Below, in pieces: positions 1 to 8,340 of a DNA stretch of 36,660 bases. Every line of letters starts with the position of its first letter. The stretch's first letter is position 1. Origin of the DNA: a virus; the UHGV virus genome UHGV-0183637. One strand, given 5' to 3'. The position numbers and the translations under genes were made by a program. The notes beneath the pieces were generated by a model. That model had not been told where the DNA came from and searched no databases. It saw only the letters and a program-made list of their open reading frames with translations.

Positions 1-491
1 TCATGGGAGATACCTTCCATCAGGCAACCATCACCCATAAACACATAAGTGAAGTGATCGACAATCTCATGATCCGGCTGGTTAAACTGCGCCGCCAGCG
101 TGCGTTCTGCTATCGCCAGTCCGACTGCGTTCGCCAGCCCCTGACCCAGCGGCCCCGTGGTGGTTTCCACACCCGGCGTATAGCCAATCTCCGGGTGACC
201 TGGTGTTTTTGAATGTAGCTGACGGAAGTTCTTCAGCTCTTCCAGCGGCAGGTCATAACCGGTCAGATGCAGCAAACTGTAGAGCAGCATCGATGCGTGA
301 CCGTTAGAGAGAATAAAGCGGTCGCGATCATACCAGGTCGGGTCGGTGGGGTTATGTTTAAGAAAATCGTTCCACAACACTTCGGCAATATCGGCCATGC
401 CCATCGGCGCGCCGGGATGACCAGAATTGGCTTTTTGCACCGCATCCATACTGAGCGCGCGAATCGCATTGGCAAGGTCTTTTCGGGACAT
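1..491 (-). CDS. tktB: Transketolase, N-terminal part (gene continues beyond window start)
   Basis: Minus-strand translation from ATG (complement of 489-491) reads [40 protein letters not shown]...[11 protein letters not shown], a recognisable transketolase N-terminus. Open to the window edge, so absent from the ORF track. Sits 19 bp downstream of the transaldolase gene, as in the talA-tktB operon. Confidence 0.85.
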   Translation of the reverse strand, partial: MSRKDLANAIRALSMDAVQKANSGHPGAPMGMADIAEVLWNDFLKHNPTDPTWYDRDRFILSNGHASMLLYSLLHLTGYDLPLEELKNFRQLHSKTPGHPEIGYTPGVETTTGPLGQGLANAVGLAIAERTLAAQFNQPDHEIVDHFTYVFMGDGCLMEGISH

Positions 492-510
492 AGAACACTC
501 CGTGGCTGGT

Positions 511-1116
511 TTACAGTTTGGCGGCAAGAAGATCTTCCAGTTTGCGTTGATCGACAGCGAACAGGCGGATGCCTTCAGACAGTTTTTCTACCGCCATCGC
601 ATCCTGATTGTGTTCCCAACGAAATTCCGCTTCGCTCATAGGGGTAGGGCGCGGGAAATGCTGAGAAGGCGGGATTAATTTACGTACCACCGGCGAGACT
701 TTTTCCTGCAACTCTTTCAGCAAGTTCGGCGCGATGGTCAGACGGTCACAACCGGTTAAAGCGAGGATTTGCTCGGTACGGCGGAAACTTGCGCCCATCA
801 CGATGGTTTCGTAACGGTGCTGTTTATAGTAGTCGTAGATATTGCGTACTGATTTGACGCCCGGATCTTCTTCTACCACATATGGGTCCATTGGTTTGCG
901 CGCCTGATACCAGTCATAAATACGGCCCACAAACGGTGAAATCAGAAAAACGCCTGCTTCTGCGCAGGCTCGTGCCTGAGCAAAGGAAAACAGCAGCGTC
1001 AGATTGCAATTAATACCTTCTTTTTCCAGCTCTTCTGCCGCGCGAATTCCTTCCCATGTCGAAGCCAACTTGATCAGAATGCGTGACTTCTCAACGCCCT
1101 GCTGCTGGTACAAATC
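511..1116 (-). pseudogene. talA: Transaldolase, 5'-truncated by prophage insertion (C-terminal ~200 codons intact)
   Basis: Track ORF 511..1236 matches transaldolase from [43 protein letters not shown] to the C-terminal AAKL. The first ~40 residues of the ORF ([21 protein letters not shown]...) are not transaldolase-like and are read through the prophage end. Confidence 0.8.
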
Positions 1117-1125
1117 TGTGGGGTA

Positions 1126-1147
1126 GTGATCAATTCTGGGCGGAGTT
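1126..1147 (+). repeat. Putative transposase end-binding site, copy 1 (core TTCTGGGCGG)
   Basis: GTGATCAATTCTGGGCGGAGTT; core repeated at 1208 and 1259 in direct orientation, within 160 bp of the inferred prophage end. Confidence 0.45.
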
Positions 1148-1201
1148 CGTGCAGCCTGGTAGAACCTGCAAGCCTTGTGTGGCGCGGGGTGTGGTGATTT
1201 A

Positions 1202-1222
1202 GTGTGATTCTGGGCGGATTTG
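1202..1222 (+). repeat. Putative transposase end-binding site, copy 2
   Basis: GTGTGATTCTGGGCGGATTTG; core TTCTGGGCGG at 1208..1217. Confidence 0.45.
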
Positions 1223-1254
1223 TGAGAAATGACCAAAAACGCTTTTTTTTGCGC

Positions 1255-1274
1255 TTTTTTCTGGGCGCTTTTGA
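1255..1274 (+). repeat. Putative transposase end-binding site, copy 3 (degenerate)
   Basis: TTTTTTCTGGGCGCTTTTGA; core TTCTGGGCGC at 1259..1268. Confidence 0.35.
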
Positions 1275-1428
1275 TCTGGTTCTGCTACAAACTTAACGGG
1301 TTTTAAATGCTTTTAAAAAGTGTTTTATCCTTGCCCGTTTTCCTCAATTTGTTCTCATCTGTTGTGTTCGCTTTTGTTGTGGTTATTGCTGATTAGCTAA
1401 CAGCACACGCCCCGCCAAAACGAGGCGC

Positions 1429-2055
1429 TCATGCTGATTTCTTGTTTACAGGCTTAGTTTCTTGCTCCGGTGTGACGGGAACGCGATCACCTGGTGTTCC
1501 TGCTCGGATACAGGATTTGGCGCGTTGCAAAATCTCTTTGTCAGTTTCTTCATTACCAGCCAATGCCACGCAAATGGCCTCTTTTAGAGAGTCCCTTATG
1601 TTTAAGTTACGTATAACAGTTTCTATGTCTGTTTCTACTGACGTAGCCAGCCGATTCAAAATCCCTTTTACACCAATTTCTGATGCTGCTATCGCTAACG
1701 CTTTTCGATCCTTACTACTCACAAATCCTAACAATGAAACGATTAACGCAACAGAATCATCGTCGCAATCGAACTTTGGTTCGATTTTTTCATAATTATT
1801 CGAATCATTGCCTTGTGGTTGTTCTCCTGTCAGTAGCCACATAAGTGAAACACCACAGGCATCGGCAACCCTTGCTGCGCTATCAATGGTTGGGTAACTA
1901 TCTCCCCTTAGGTATTTCCTGACAGATGCTTCAGATAAGCCACTACGGCGAGCAATCTCACTTTTGTTTAGCCCCCCCATCGCTTTTTCCAGTCTTTCGC
2001 CAAAGCGTACTATTTGCTCATTATGAAAAGTACGATCATGTTTAATTGATGTCAT
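1429..2055 (-). CDS. Prophage repressor, XRE/lambda-CI-type HTH with uncharacterised C-terminal domain
   Basis: 208 aa. N-terminal HTH segment LNKSEIARRSGLSEASVRKYLRGDSYPTIDSAARVADACGVSLMWLLTGEQ. Leftward-transcribed and divergent from ner-A-B, the position of Mu c. GGGAGA RBS-like sequence upstream on the minus strand. No obvious S24 peptidase motif in the C-terminal half. Confidence 0.8.
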   Translation of the reverse strand: MTSIKHDRTFHNEQIVRFGERLEKAMGGLNKSEIARRSGLSEASVRKYLRGDSYPTIDSAARVADACGVSLMWLLTGEQPQGNDSNNYEKIEPKFDCDDDSVALIVSLLGFVSSKDRKALAIAASEIGVKGILNRLATSVETDIETVIRNLNIRDSLKEAICVALAGNEETDKEILQRAKSCIRAGTPGDRVPVTPEQETKPVNKKSA

Positions 2056-2237
2056 AGCGTACTATTCTCCCAATCTTGTTGATATACAAAGAAAATTTCA
2101 GTGAATCGTACTTTTGTGCTGATCTTAATAAAAGTACGATTATTTTCTTGACTTCGTACTTTGGTTCGATCTATCCTTTATCACATTCGATAATCGAATT
2201 TGATTATCGATTTCGATAAACGTGAGAGGATCACACA
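2056..2237. promoter_or_regulatory. Divergent early promoter/operator region between repressor and ner
   Basis: Perfect 12-bp inverted repeat AATCGTACTTTT (2104..2115) and AAAAGTACGATT (2130..2141) with 14-bp spacer. Further CGTACT(T/A)TT copies at 2058 and 2155 and AAAAGTACGAT at 2026 inside the repressor 5' coding region. Cluster of TCGAT-containing repeats at 2165..2217. Confidence 0.55.
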
Positions 2238-2507
2238 ATGCAGTTGTTGAGACAAGATCTAACCGACCTGTTTGTTCGTCGCGGTCATGACTGGTCAGCA
2301 ATGGCGATTCAAACGGCGTTAAAAAATAAAGGGATTGATTTACCCTCGCTGGAAAAAGCACAGGGATTGAAACCCGGTTCCATGCGGAATGTGTTTTATC
2401 GACCGTGCTCCAAATACGAACAGGTAATTGCCCAGGCTGTTGGCGTAACGCCTGATGTGATTTGGCCAAGTCGCTATTTGCATGAGACATCGCAAATAGC
2501 GGTGTAA
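2238..2507 (+). CDS. ner: Ner-like DNA-binding transcriptional regulator
   Basis: 89 aa ending ...GVTPDVIWPSRYLHE, matching the conserved VIWPSRY signature of Mu Ner and E. coli Nlp. GAGAGGA RBS 7 nt upstream. Sits directly upstream of the transposase gene. Confidence 0.85.
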   Translation: MQLLRQDLTDLFVRRGHDWSAMAIQTALKNKGIDLPSLEKAQGLKPGSMRNVFYRPCSKYEQVIAQAVGVTPDVIWPSRYLHETSQIAV

Positions 2508-2516
2508 GGTGGAATC

Positions 2517-4559
2517 GTGTGGTTTGTAGTGCGGGATTGCCTGGGATTATCCGGTTTTCCATCAGCAGAAAAAAACATCCGGGCACGTCTGGATCGTCTT
2601 GCTGAAAATAACCCGGAATGGAAGCGCAAGCGTGAAGGCACCAAAGCATTCGAGTATCGCATCGACTGCCTGCCCGCTGAAGCGCAGAAAGTTTTACGTA
2701 AGCGCCTGACCCATCAGGTCCTGGAAGATGCACAACTGCCCGCCGTAGTTGAGCAGAAAGCAGTTAAAAACGTCGCCGTTCGCGATGAACTGGAGGTGAT
2801 GGTCAAATGCCCGGAGCTGGCATTACGCGAAGTCCAGTCACTGACCGACAAGCAAAAGGCCATCGCTGATGCGCGGATATTGCTGGCTACTGAAGTGCAT
2901 AAGCTGCGCGAGTATGCCGGAATGACCAGGAAGGCCGCTTTAAAGCACATCGTTGATGGTGTGCGCATGGGGGCGTTACCTGACCGCATTATCGAAGCAG
3001 CGAATACTGCAAATGCACGTCAGGGAAAGCGAACCGGTGTCAGCACCGGCAGCCTGGATAGCTGGTACTCCAGCTGGGTGATGGCGCGCGGTGATGCCAA
3101 TCAGTTACTGGCGTTACTGGCTCCCGGTCATCATAAGGGAACACCGTGGGAGCAGGTCTGGTGGTTGAGCGATTTCTTTATGTTCTATCGCTCATGGAAG
3201 CGCCCGACCGTTGAATACGCGTATCGCGAGTTTTCAGCCTGGTGGCATGAAAAACACGCGAATGATGCGGGAATGCTGGCGGCACTGCCTTCAGTTCACG
3301 CAGTAAGACGGGTGTTAAGCAGCGTCCCGGTGATTGTTAAAGAGCGTTTCCGCTCCACCGGTTCAGCCTGGCGTTCGCTCAATCCCTTTGTGCGGCGCGA
3401 CTGGACATCGCTACCGGTTAATGCGGTATGGGTCGGAGATGGTCACTGTATGAAAATGACCGCGTTTAACCCCCTGACCGGCAATATTTTCCGGCCAGAA
3501 GTGACGCTGGTTATGGATGCGGGGCAGCGTTTTGTTGTGGGATGGTCACTGTCCCTGTCGGAGAACGTGATAGCTGTTGCTGATGCGTTGCGTTACGGCA
3601 TGGCGCAGCACGGGATACCGCTGATTTATTACTCCGATAACGGGGGCGGTGAAAAAAACCGGGTTCTTGATGCCGATATTACCGGGATTCTCCCCCGGCT
3701 GGGTGTGGAACATCACACGGGGATACCAGGTAACCCGCAGGGGCGCGGGGTGATTGAAAGGCTTAACAAGGAAATTCCCCGGGATGTGGCCCTGAGTTTC
3801 CAGACGTACTGCTCAAAGGGAGCAGACAAGGAAACCGTAATGATGCAGCAACGGATTATGCAGTCAGCCATTAAGGCCACCCACAAAGGGAAAGAACTGA
3901 CAAAACGGCAGGTTAAGGCGAGGGATGAAGTCCCCACCTTTGAGCAACTGATGGCAGCCATAGAACTGGAGGTCAGACGCTATAACAACCGGCCACACAG
4001 CAGCCTTCCCCGCAAAGAGGATGGCGAATATTACAGCCCGGCAGCGTATCGCCGGAAACTGATAAAAGAGCAGAATGTTGAAATTGATTTCCTGTCGCCG
4101 GAAGAACTGCATGAAATGTTCAGACCGGAAGTGACGCGCAAAACATTTCGCGGGGAAATTCAGTTATTCAACAATATTTATTACTCGTATGAGCTGGCCG
4201 CAGAGCACGGGAATGAAGTCAGGGTCAGTTACGATATTCATGATGCAAACAGCGTCATTGTCCGGCGGGCTGATGGCTCTTATATCTGCGATGCCATCTG
4301 GAACGGTAACAAGGTTGATGCCTTCGCTAAACCAGTTATCGAGCAAAAACTGGAGAAACGCGTCAGAGGCCGCATTGCACGGGCCGCGCAGAAAATCGAA
4401 GAGGCTAAACGCGAGCTTACCCCGGCTATTACGCAGAAGCCTGAGTTTAATCTGGGATATGGACTGGAACGCCAGGAGAAAAAGGAAAAAGAAGAACTTT
4501 ATTTATTCGCATCTGAACGCGAGCGCAATTTAAAGAAAAACGGCACAAACAACCGTTAA
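2517..4559 (+). CDS. Mu-type DDE transposase (MuA-like)
   Basis: 680 aa, GTG start after an AAGGTGGA RBS. N-terminus M-WFVVRDCLGLSGFP parallels MuA MELWVSPKECANLPGLP (enhancer/operator-binding domain). Central region WVGDGH...LVMDAGQRFVVGW...YYSDNGG is consistent with a Mu-family DDE core. Confidence 0.9.
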   Translation: MWFVVRDCLGLSGFPSAEKNIRARLDRLAENNPEWKRKREGTKAFEYRIDCLPAEAQKVLRKRLTHQVLEDAQLPAVVEQKAVKNVAVRDELEVMVKCPELALREVQSLTDKQKAIADARILLATEVHKLREYAGMTRKAALKHIVDGVRMGALPDRIIEAANTANARQGKRTGVSTGSLDSWYSSWVMARGDANQLLALLAPGHHKGTPWEQVWWLSDFFMFYRSWKRPTVEYAYREFSAWWHEKHANDAGMLAALPSVHAVRRVLSSVPVIVKERFRSTGSAWRSLNPFVRRDWTSLPVNAVWVGDGHCMKMTAFNPLTGNIFRPEVTLVMDAGQRFVVGWSLSLSENVIAVADALRYGMAQHGIPLIYYSDNGGGEKNRVLDADITGILPRLGVEHHTGIPGNPQGRGVIERLNKEIPRDVALSFQTYCSKGADKETVMMQQRIMQSAIKATHKGKELTKRQVKARDEVPTFEQLMAAIELEVRRYNNRPHSSLPRKEDGEYYSPAAYRRKLIKEQNVEIDFLSPEELHEMFRPEVTRKTFRGEIQLFNNIYYSYELAAEHGNEVRVSYDIHDANSVIVRRADGSYICDAIWNGNKVDAFAKPVIEQKLEKRVRGRIARAAQKIEEAKRELTPAITQKPEFNLGYGLERQEKKEKEELYLFASERERNLKKNGTNNR

Positions 4560-4577
4560 TTTAAAAGGTATTTAATT

Positions 4578-5471
4578 ATGAGTTTAATTACGCAATTAAA
4601 TGACGTAATGGCCCGTCGCGGCTATACGCAAACCCACGTCGCCCGTGCTATTGGTCGTAGCAGCGCCGTTATCAACCAGTATTTACAGGGTAAATATCAG
4701 GGCGATATGGCTGATATTGAAGAACGCATTTCTGCCTTTGTGACCCGTGAGCGGGAAAAGGAAAACAGCCGCCGTATTAAAGCGAAATTTGTTGCCACCG
4801 GTATGGCTGCCAAAGGACTGGAGGTGTTGGCCTATGCTCACCTGGAATGTGAAATCTGCGTACTGTATGGCGCGGCAGGTCTTGGCAAAACAATGATTCT
4901 GCGTGAATACGCCGCCAGAAACCGGGATGCGGTCCTGATTGAAGCCGACCCGGGCTATACAGCCAGAACACTGCTTGAGGAGTTGTGCCGCCAGCTGGGG
5001 GTAAAGGTTCGCGGCAACATTCACGAACTGATAGATGCCTGTGTGCGCGAACTGCGTGATTCCGGTCGCCTGCTGATGGTGGACGAGGCTGAACTGCTCC
5101 CCTATCGCGCACTGGAGGTTCTGCGTCGTCTGCATGACAAAGCGGGTATCGGGGTTGTCCTGGCGGGTATGCCTCGTCTTCTGATTAACCTTAAGGGGCG
5201 TCGTGGTGAGTTCGCCCAGTTATACAGCCGTGTGGCGCTGGCGCTTAACCTGGGCGATACGTTGTCGCAGGAAGATTTTAACCAGATAGCTACCGGGTTG
5301 ATGCCGGAAGCAGCAGAACCGGAAATCAGCGAGGCGCTTTACGCACGCTCGCTGGGTAATGCCCGCCGCCTCTTCAAACTGGCGCGCGGTGTGTACCGGA
5401 TTTGTGATATCAGCGATGCACCGGTCAGTGTGCAGGCCATTGATAAATTCGCAGAAATGTTAATTCACTGA
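4578..5471 (+). CDS. Transposition ATPase / target DNA activator (MuB-like AAA+)
   Basis: 297 aa. N-terminal HTH-like segment (GYTQTHVARAIGRSSAVINQY), Walker A GAAGLGKT, Walker B LLMVDEAE. Immediately downstream of the transposase gene. Confidence 0.85.
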   Translation: MSLITQLNDVMARRGYTQTHVARAIGRSSAVINQYLQGKYQGDMADIEERISAFVTREREKENSRRIKAKFVATGMAAKGLEVLAYAHLECEICVLYGAAGLGKTMILREYAARNRDAVLIEADPGYTARTLLEELCRQLGVKVRGNIHELIDACVRELRDSGRLLMVDEAELLPYRALEVLRRLHDKAGIGVVLAGMPRLLINLKGRRGEFAQLYSRVALALNLGDTLSQEDFNQIATGLMPEAAEPEISEALYARSLGNARRLFKLARGVYRICDISDAPVSVQAIDKFAEMLIH

Positions 5472-5710
5472 TGGAGAACAAGACGATGGACAAGCAGACC
5501 ATTAACGCCGTCCGTTCCCGTGCCCGTGTGGCCATCCACACCACCGGCGGTCGTGTAACGGGGCAACATCACCGTTTACCTGTGGTTTATGCCTGCCCAC
5601 CTGTGGGTGGTCCTGTATGGCCGGTAACGGAAATCATCCAGACATTCAGTGGCCTGCGTCGTGTGGTTAAAACGTCCTGTATCGACGGCTGCACCGTCGT
5701 ATGGCAGTAA
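5471..5710 (+). CDS. Hypothetical early protein
   Basis: 79 aa; start overlaps the B stop (TGATG), suggesting translational coupling. No recognisable motif. Confidence 0.45.
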   Translation: MENKTMDKQTINAVRSRARVAIHTTGGRVTGQHHRLPVVYACPPVGGPVWPVTEIIQTFSGLRRVVKTSCIDGCTVVWQ

Positions 5711-5725
5711 AACGAGGAACTTAAA

Positions 5726-5881
5726 ATGTCATTAGAGCTTGAGTTAACTTTCAGCCTGGACAGGCCAGGTAAACCGGAGAAAACCGTCGCGACGTATCAG
5801 TTGCCGCCTGATGTCACGGGAGAGCAGGTTTTCCGACATTATCATAAAAACTCACTGTTTTATGAACGAAATTATTTTTAA
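5726..5881 (+). CDS. Hypothetical small protein (51 aa)
   Basis: ATG at 5726, stop TAA at 5879..5881; MSLELELTFSLDRPGKPEKTVATYQLPPDVTGEQVFRHYHKNSLFYERNYF. Fills an otherwise uncovered gap on the coding strand; below the ORF-track length cut-off. Confidence 0.3.
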   Translation: MSLELELTFSLDRPGKPEKTVATYQLPPDVTGEQVFRHYHKNSLFYERNYF

Positions 5882-5907
5882 ATCGTTTGATTTCAAAGGA
5901 GAAAAAC

Positions 5908-6123
5908 ATGGCGGTTAAGTTAGAAGTAATTATCTATACCAATGAAAAAGGCGCGACTTTTACCCGGATTACAGGGAGTTATTCGAAGGATGGCGCTTCC
6001 AAAAGGGAGCTTCAGGTGGCAACAGGATTACATGATGTTATCAAGGAAGCACTGAGAAATGACTATAACGGCGTGAATCTTTTTTCTGAAAACGTTGCGC
6101 CTCGCGCACATAACACAAATTAA
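5908..6123 (+). CDS. Hypothetical early protein
   Basis: ATG at 5908 preceded by AAGGAG (the track's TTG start at 5887 is less likely); 71 aa. Confidence 0.5.
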   Translation: MAVKLEVIIYTNEKGATFTRITGSYSKDGASKRELQVATGLHDVIKEALRNDYNGVNLFSENVAPRAHNTN

Positions 6124-6152
6124 TCTGTAAATATCACTGAGGTAATTTAATT

Positions 6153-6797
6153 ATGACGACTGAAAATAAAGTTAAGCAATATACAAAAAATAAAGTGCAG
6201 GAAGGCTACTGGGTTGATGCCCGTGGTGTGATGACGCCTGAAAGTCTTATCAAAGATATTGACCGCGACCGTGAGCAGTTGGTCGGTGAGCTTGTGGAGA
6301 TGGTGATTGCTGCCTCCGCCTCACTGCGTGAACTGAAACTGCGTGCGTTTGGTGATATTCAGGCATTTATTGACCTGTCAGCGGAGAAATACGGCGCTGT
6401 GAAAGGCGGTAAAAAAGGGAATATCACGCTTTACAGCTTTGACGGGCGTTACAAGATTCAGCGCGCCATGCAGGACCGTATTGCGCTTGATGAACGCATT
6501 CAGACCGCGAAGGCACTGATTGATGACTGCCTGGCTGACTGGACGGAAGGTGCACGCCCAGAAATCAAAGCCATCATCAGTGAGGCATTCAGCACGGACA
6601 AGGAAGGCAACATTAACACCGGGCGCGTTCTGGCTCTGCGTCGCCTCGAAATTGAGGACGAACGCTGGAATAACGCCATGACGCTGATTGGTGAAGCCGT
6701 CCAGGTAATTGGCAGCAGAAGTTATATCCGCGTGTATGAGCGCGTCGGTGATTCTGCTGAATACCGCGCAATCCCGCTTGATATTGCAGGGGTCTAA
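6153..6797 (+). CDS. Conserved Mu-like early-region protein (possibly DUF3164-like)
   Basis: 214 aa, balanced composition, same strand and position as Mu semi-essential early genes. Family assignment is from memory only and is tentative. Confidence 0.65.
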   Translation: MTTENKVKQYTKNKVQEGYWVDARGVMTPESLIKDIDRDREQLVGELVEMVIAASASLRELKLRAFGDIQAFIDLSAEKYGAVKGGKKGNITLYSFDGRYKIQRAMQDRIALDERIQTAKALIDDCLADWTEGARPEIKAIISEAFSTDKEGNINTGRVLALRRLEIEDERWNNAMTLIGEAVQVIGSRSYIRVYERVGDSAEYRAIPLDIAGV

Positions 6798-6798
6798 C

Positions 6799-7032
6799 AT
6801 GCATCAGGATATCAAAGAGTACAGAGCCGGGAACCGTTGCGCGGCGTATTCGCTGGGCGCGTCCAGAGCAGAACAACGCGGCGATTATGCCGAGGCTGAA
6901 AAGCTGTGGCGTAAGGCAGCGCAAAGTCCATGTAGTACCCTGCGCCGCATCTGGGCGGAACATCGTGCAGAGTTCTGTGCTAATGCTCACCTGAAAGGAT
7001 GGAAGCCGATTCATGAACGCGAAACGCTTTAA
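6799..7032 (+). CDS. Hypothetical small protein
   Basis: ATG at 6799 directly after the stop of the previous gene; MHQDIKEYRAGNRCAAYSLGASRAEQRGDYAEAEKLWRKAAQ... The track ORF 6709..7032 extends upstream through the previous gene in another frame. Confidence 0.5.
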   Translation: MHQDIKEYRAGNRCAAYSLGASRAEQRGDYAEAEKLWRKAAQSPCSTLRRIWAEHRAEFCANAHLKGWKPIHERETL

Positions 7033-7204
7033 TCAGTTATATCCGCCTGGTACTCGTTTCATGCACATTGCACATCAGGCGGTGCGTGGTGGTCGGGTGG
7101 TAAAAACTGTTGCACCGGCCAGAGATTTTAAATGTGGTTGTGTGGTTGAAATTAATGTCGAGCCTTATTTCGTTAAAGTCGAGACACTGAAAGCAGCGCA
7201 TTAA
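7013..7204 (+). CDS. Hypothetical small protein
   Basis: 63 aa; overlaps the previous ORF by 20 nt. Confidence 0.4.
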   Translation: MNAKRFNQLYPPGTRFMHIAHQAVRGGRVVKTVAPARDFKCGCVVEINVEPYFVKVETLKAAH

Positions 7205-7234
7205 TTTAATTCAATTTTAATTGTTATTTAAAAC

Positions 7235-7267
7235 AGGCGTAAACCCGCCGGGGCTGACTTACGCCTG
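7235..7267 (+). repeat. Conserved intergenic stem-loop H1 (GGCGTAA...TTACGCC) followed by TGAAT
   Basis: CAGGCGTAAacccgccggggctgacTTACGCCTG then TGAATCTGGAG and the start codon. Near-identical copy at 8311, structurally equivalent copy at 7693. Confidence 0.55.
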
Positions 7268-7284
7268 AATCTGGAGAAATGAAA

Positions 7285-7671
7285 ATGAGTGTTACCGTTA
7301 TCAATGAAATGCTCGGGCGTACATTTAAAGAAGTAGTTAAGACTGAAAACGATGAACTTGTTTTTCGTGGTGATTATTCCCGGGGAGTATGGGGAACCGT
7401 GTTTACATTTTTCCACTTTCAGGAAGGCTGCGAAAAAGTCTGGATTGAGGACATCGTCGGAGACCTTGACGACCTGAAAGATGAACCGCTGACAGAGGCT
7501 GAAGTGGTTACCGAAGAATGTGATGTCGGGGAAGGTCATCAGACATGGAGTTTCTTTAAGTTCGGCACATCAAAAGGCTGTGTAGTCGTCAGATGGTGCG
7601 GTGAGAGCGAGGGCTTTTATTCTGAGTGCGTTTCACTGAAGCGGGAATTAACTGACGTCTTCGATTTTTAA
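7285..7671 (+). CDS. Hypothetical protein, AT-rich accessory gene
   Basis: ATG at 7285 (alternative 7279), 8 nt after GGAG; 128 aa; lower GC than the surrounding phage genes; no recognisable family. Confidence 0.6.
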   Translation: MSVTVINEMLGRTFKEVVKTENDELVFRGDYSRGVWGTVFTFFHFQEGCEKVWIEDIVGDLDDLKDEPLTEAEVVTEECDVGEGHQTWSFFKFGTSKGCVVVRWCGESEGFYSECVSLKRELTDVFDF

Positions 7672-7692
7672 CTCTGACTTCGTTTTTTTATG

Positions 7693-7715
7693 GCGCAGGT
7701 AAACAGGTCTGCGCC
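7693..7715 (+). repeat. Conserved intergenic stem-loop H2 (GGCGCAG...CTGCGCC) followed by TGAAT
   Basis: GGCGCAGgtaaacaggtCTGCGCC then TGAATTAAGGGGA and ATG at 7736; stem sequence differs from H1/H3 but pairing is preserved. Confidence 0.5.
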
Positions 7716-7735
7716 TGAATTAAGGGGATTTGTAT

Positions 7736-8281
7736 ATGAAAGATAAAGTCTGGGAATTTATTGTTACTCCTGAAGGTTTTGCTGTCCGTTCATCTGGGAA
7801 GTTAACCAATGTAACGTTATGGGCGTCATCATTGCTGGGCCATCTGGGTGCACCTGGCGATTTTATGTATGTGGTACTTGATGCGCAGATTGCCGGGAAT
7901 GCTATGGCCAGTAAGGGGGCTTATATTCAGGGGGATTTGTTCGCCATGATGGCGAATGACACAGCCGCGCTGTATATCGCCACACGGAACATACTGACAA
8001 GAATATCCATGATGTCTGACTGTAAGGATATGGTAGACCTTGCATACATCCTTGAAGATGATTTGCTCACTATTTCAGGCGTGCAGGAATCCCTCCCGCG
8101 TCAGCTGCGGTTTATTGACCTGATGGAGTCATATAAAGATAAGCCTGATTTTTTTCAGATTCGATTCAGCGGGATGGAACTGCTGGATGAATATTATCCG
8201 CTGGATTCGATTGCCCGTGATGTGAAGGCGTTCGTAAAGTCTGTTGACCGTCATTACCGGAAAGCTGAACGTCGTAGTTAA
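7736..8281 (+). CDS. Hypothetical protein, AT-rich accessory gene
   Basis: ATG at 7736, 7 nt after AAGGGGA (track TTG start 7730); 181 aa; no recognisable family. Confidence 0.6.
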   Translation: MKDKVWEFIVTPEGFAVRSSGKLTNVTLWASSLLGHLGAPGDFMYVVLDAQIAGNAMASKGAYIQGDLFAMMANDTAALYIATRNILTRISMMSDCKDMVDLAYILEDDLLTISGVQESLPRQLRFIDLMESYKDKPDFFQIRFSGMELLDEYYPLDSIARDVKAFVKSVDRHYRKAERRS

Positions 8282-8310
8282 TAAGTCTGTTTTTAATTTT
8301 ATTTGTATAT

Positions 8311-8340
8311 GGCGTAAACCCGCCAGGGCTGGCTTACGCC
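8311..8340 (+). repeat. Conserved intergenic stem-loop H3 (GGCGTAA...TTACGCC) followed by TGAAT
   Basis: GGCGTAAacccgccagggctggcTTACGCC then TGAATCTGAGGAAG; near-identical to H1. Confidence 0.55.

Noticed and set aside
3-475. Small ORFs 3..212 (+), 263..475 (-) and 267..641 (+)
   Set aside because: They overlap the clearly recognisable transketolase coding sequence in other frames or on the antisense strand; no independent support.
511-1236. Track ORF presented as a 241-aa protein
   Set aside because: Only the part from ~1116 downward (in gene orientation) is transaldolase; the first ~40 codons are fortuitous read-through into the prophage end, so the gene is annotated as a truncated remnant.
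4683-5135. Minus-strand ORFs of 110-150 aa inside the transposition ATPase gene
   Set aside because: Antisense to a well-supported gene with intact Walker motifs; typical spurious ORFs with no RBS.
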